The notes below the pieces were generated by a model, which saw only the letters and a list, made by a program, of their open reading frames with translations, searched no databases and was not told where the DNA came from. Shown piece after piece: positions 63,653-64,000 of a DNA stretch of 64,000 nt. Within the stretch, counting starts at the first letter, position 1, and each line of letters begins with the position of its first letter. The stretch is from the NCBI GenBank assembly GCA_964022095.1, contig CAXHZO010000011.1:14481-78480 (forward strand). Direction: 5' to 3'. Origin of the DNA: an uncultured Arcobacteraceae bacterium (GTDB taxonomy: Bacteria; Campylobacterota; Campylobacteria; Campylobacterales; Arcobacteraceae). The position numbers were made by a program, and so were the translations under genes.

Positions 63653-63755
63653 ACATATTAGCGCCACATTACAGTGGATAAATTCCAAACAATTTTTTTC
63701 ACTGTTGGTAAACAAATTAGGAAGCAAACCTTAAAACTTAAAAACGGATATAAAA

Positions 63756-64000
63756 ATGACAAACGAAAAATATCTTAAAGACCTTGATGGTGTAGATGGT
63801 GTTAAATTTTATGATGTTAAATCTGCTGTTGAAGATATTCAACCAGGTTCATTTGAAAAACTAAACTATACTTCAAGAGTTTTAGCAGAAAACTTAATTA
63901 GAAAATGTCCTAGTGAAGATTTAAAAGATTCATTAGTTCAATTAATTGAAAAAAGAACAGACAAAGATTTCCCTTGGTTCCCATCAAGAGTTATTTGTCA
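63756..64000 (+). CDS. acnD: Fe/S-dependent 2-methylisocitrate dehydratase, 5' part (truncated by the window)
   Basis: MTNEKYLK...YTSRVLAENLIRKC...DFPWFPSRVIC; follows prpBC. Confidence 0.9.
   Translation, partial: MTNEKYLKDLDGVDGVKFYDVKSAVEDIQPGSFEKLNYTSRVLAENLIRKCPSEDLKDSLVQLIEKRTDKDFPWFPSRVIC

Noticed and set aside
1-64000. tRNA or rRNA genes
   Set aside because: No cloverleaf-like or GC-rich rRNA-like segment seen in any intergenic region

Overview
AT-rich chromosomal window from a Campylobacterota bacterium, most likely Arcobacteraceae (inferred from gene content: gltA next to a nuo cluster, frdCAB, a dynamin pair, prpB-prpC-acnD). Core blocks: 3' end of gltA, nuoG-N, frdCAB, a dynamin-like pair, nitrite/sulfite reductase, Tex, amino-acid ABC transporter, recQ, folA-thyA and the methylcitrate operon. 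The main accessory block is a type II-C CRISPR-Cas locus (cas9-tracrRNA-cas1-cas2 on the - strand, plus a 25-repeat/24-spacer array read on the + strand). Its non-coding parts show several unusual features. (1) An inverted 15-nt partial repeat abuts the last repeat, and the adjacent 15 nt match the frdCAB upstream region exactly (candidate scaRNA-like regulatory guide, or a shared host-factor site). (2) A 24/25-nt tandem TGAGTCA promoter element is shared between cas9 and an unrelated secreted-protein gene 11.7 kb away, at identical spacing to an extended -10. (3) A perfect 25-bp direct repeat brackets the whole locus. (4) A hairpin at the tracrRNA 3' end covers the cas1 ribosome-binding site. 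Elsewhere there is a Lit-like HEXXH protease with an out-of-frame upstream start, a Fur-boxed lipoprotein fusing Ig-like, RCC1 and di-heme domains, a histidine kinase missing its G1 box, and a ThyA with a T4-like insert. All calls come from reading the sequence; no database searches were run.
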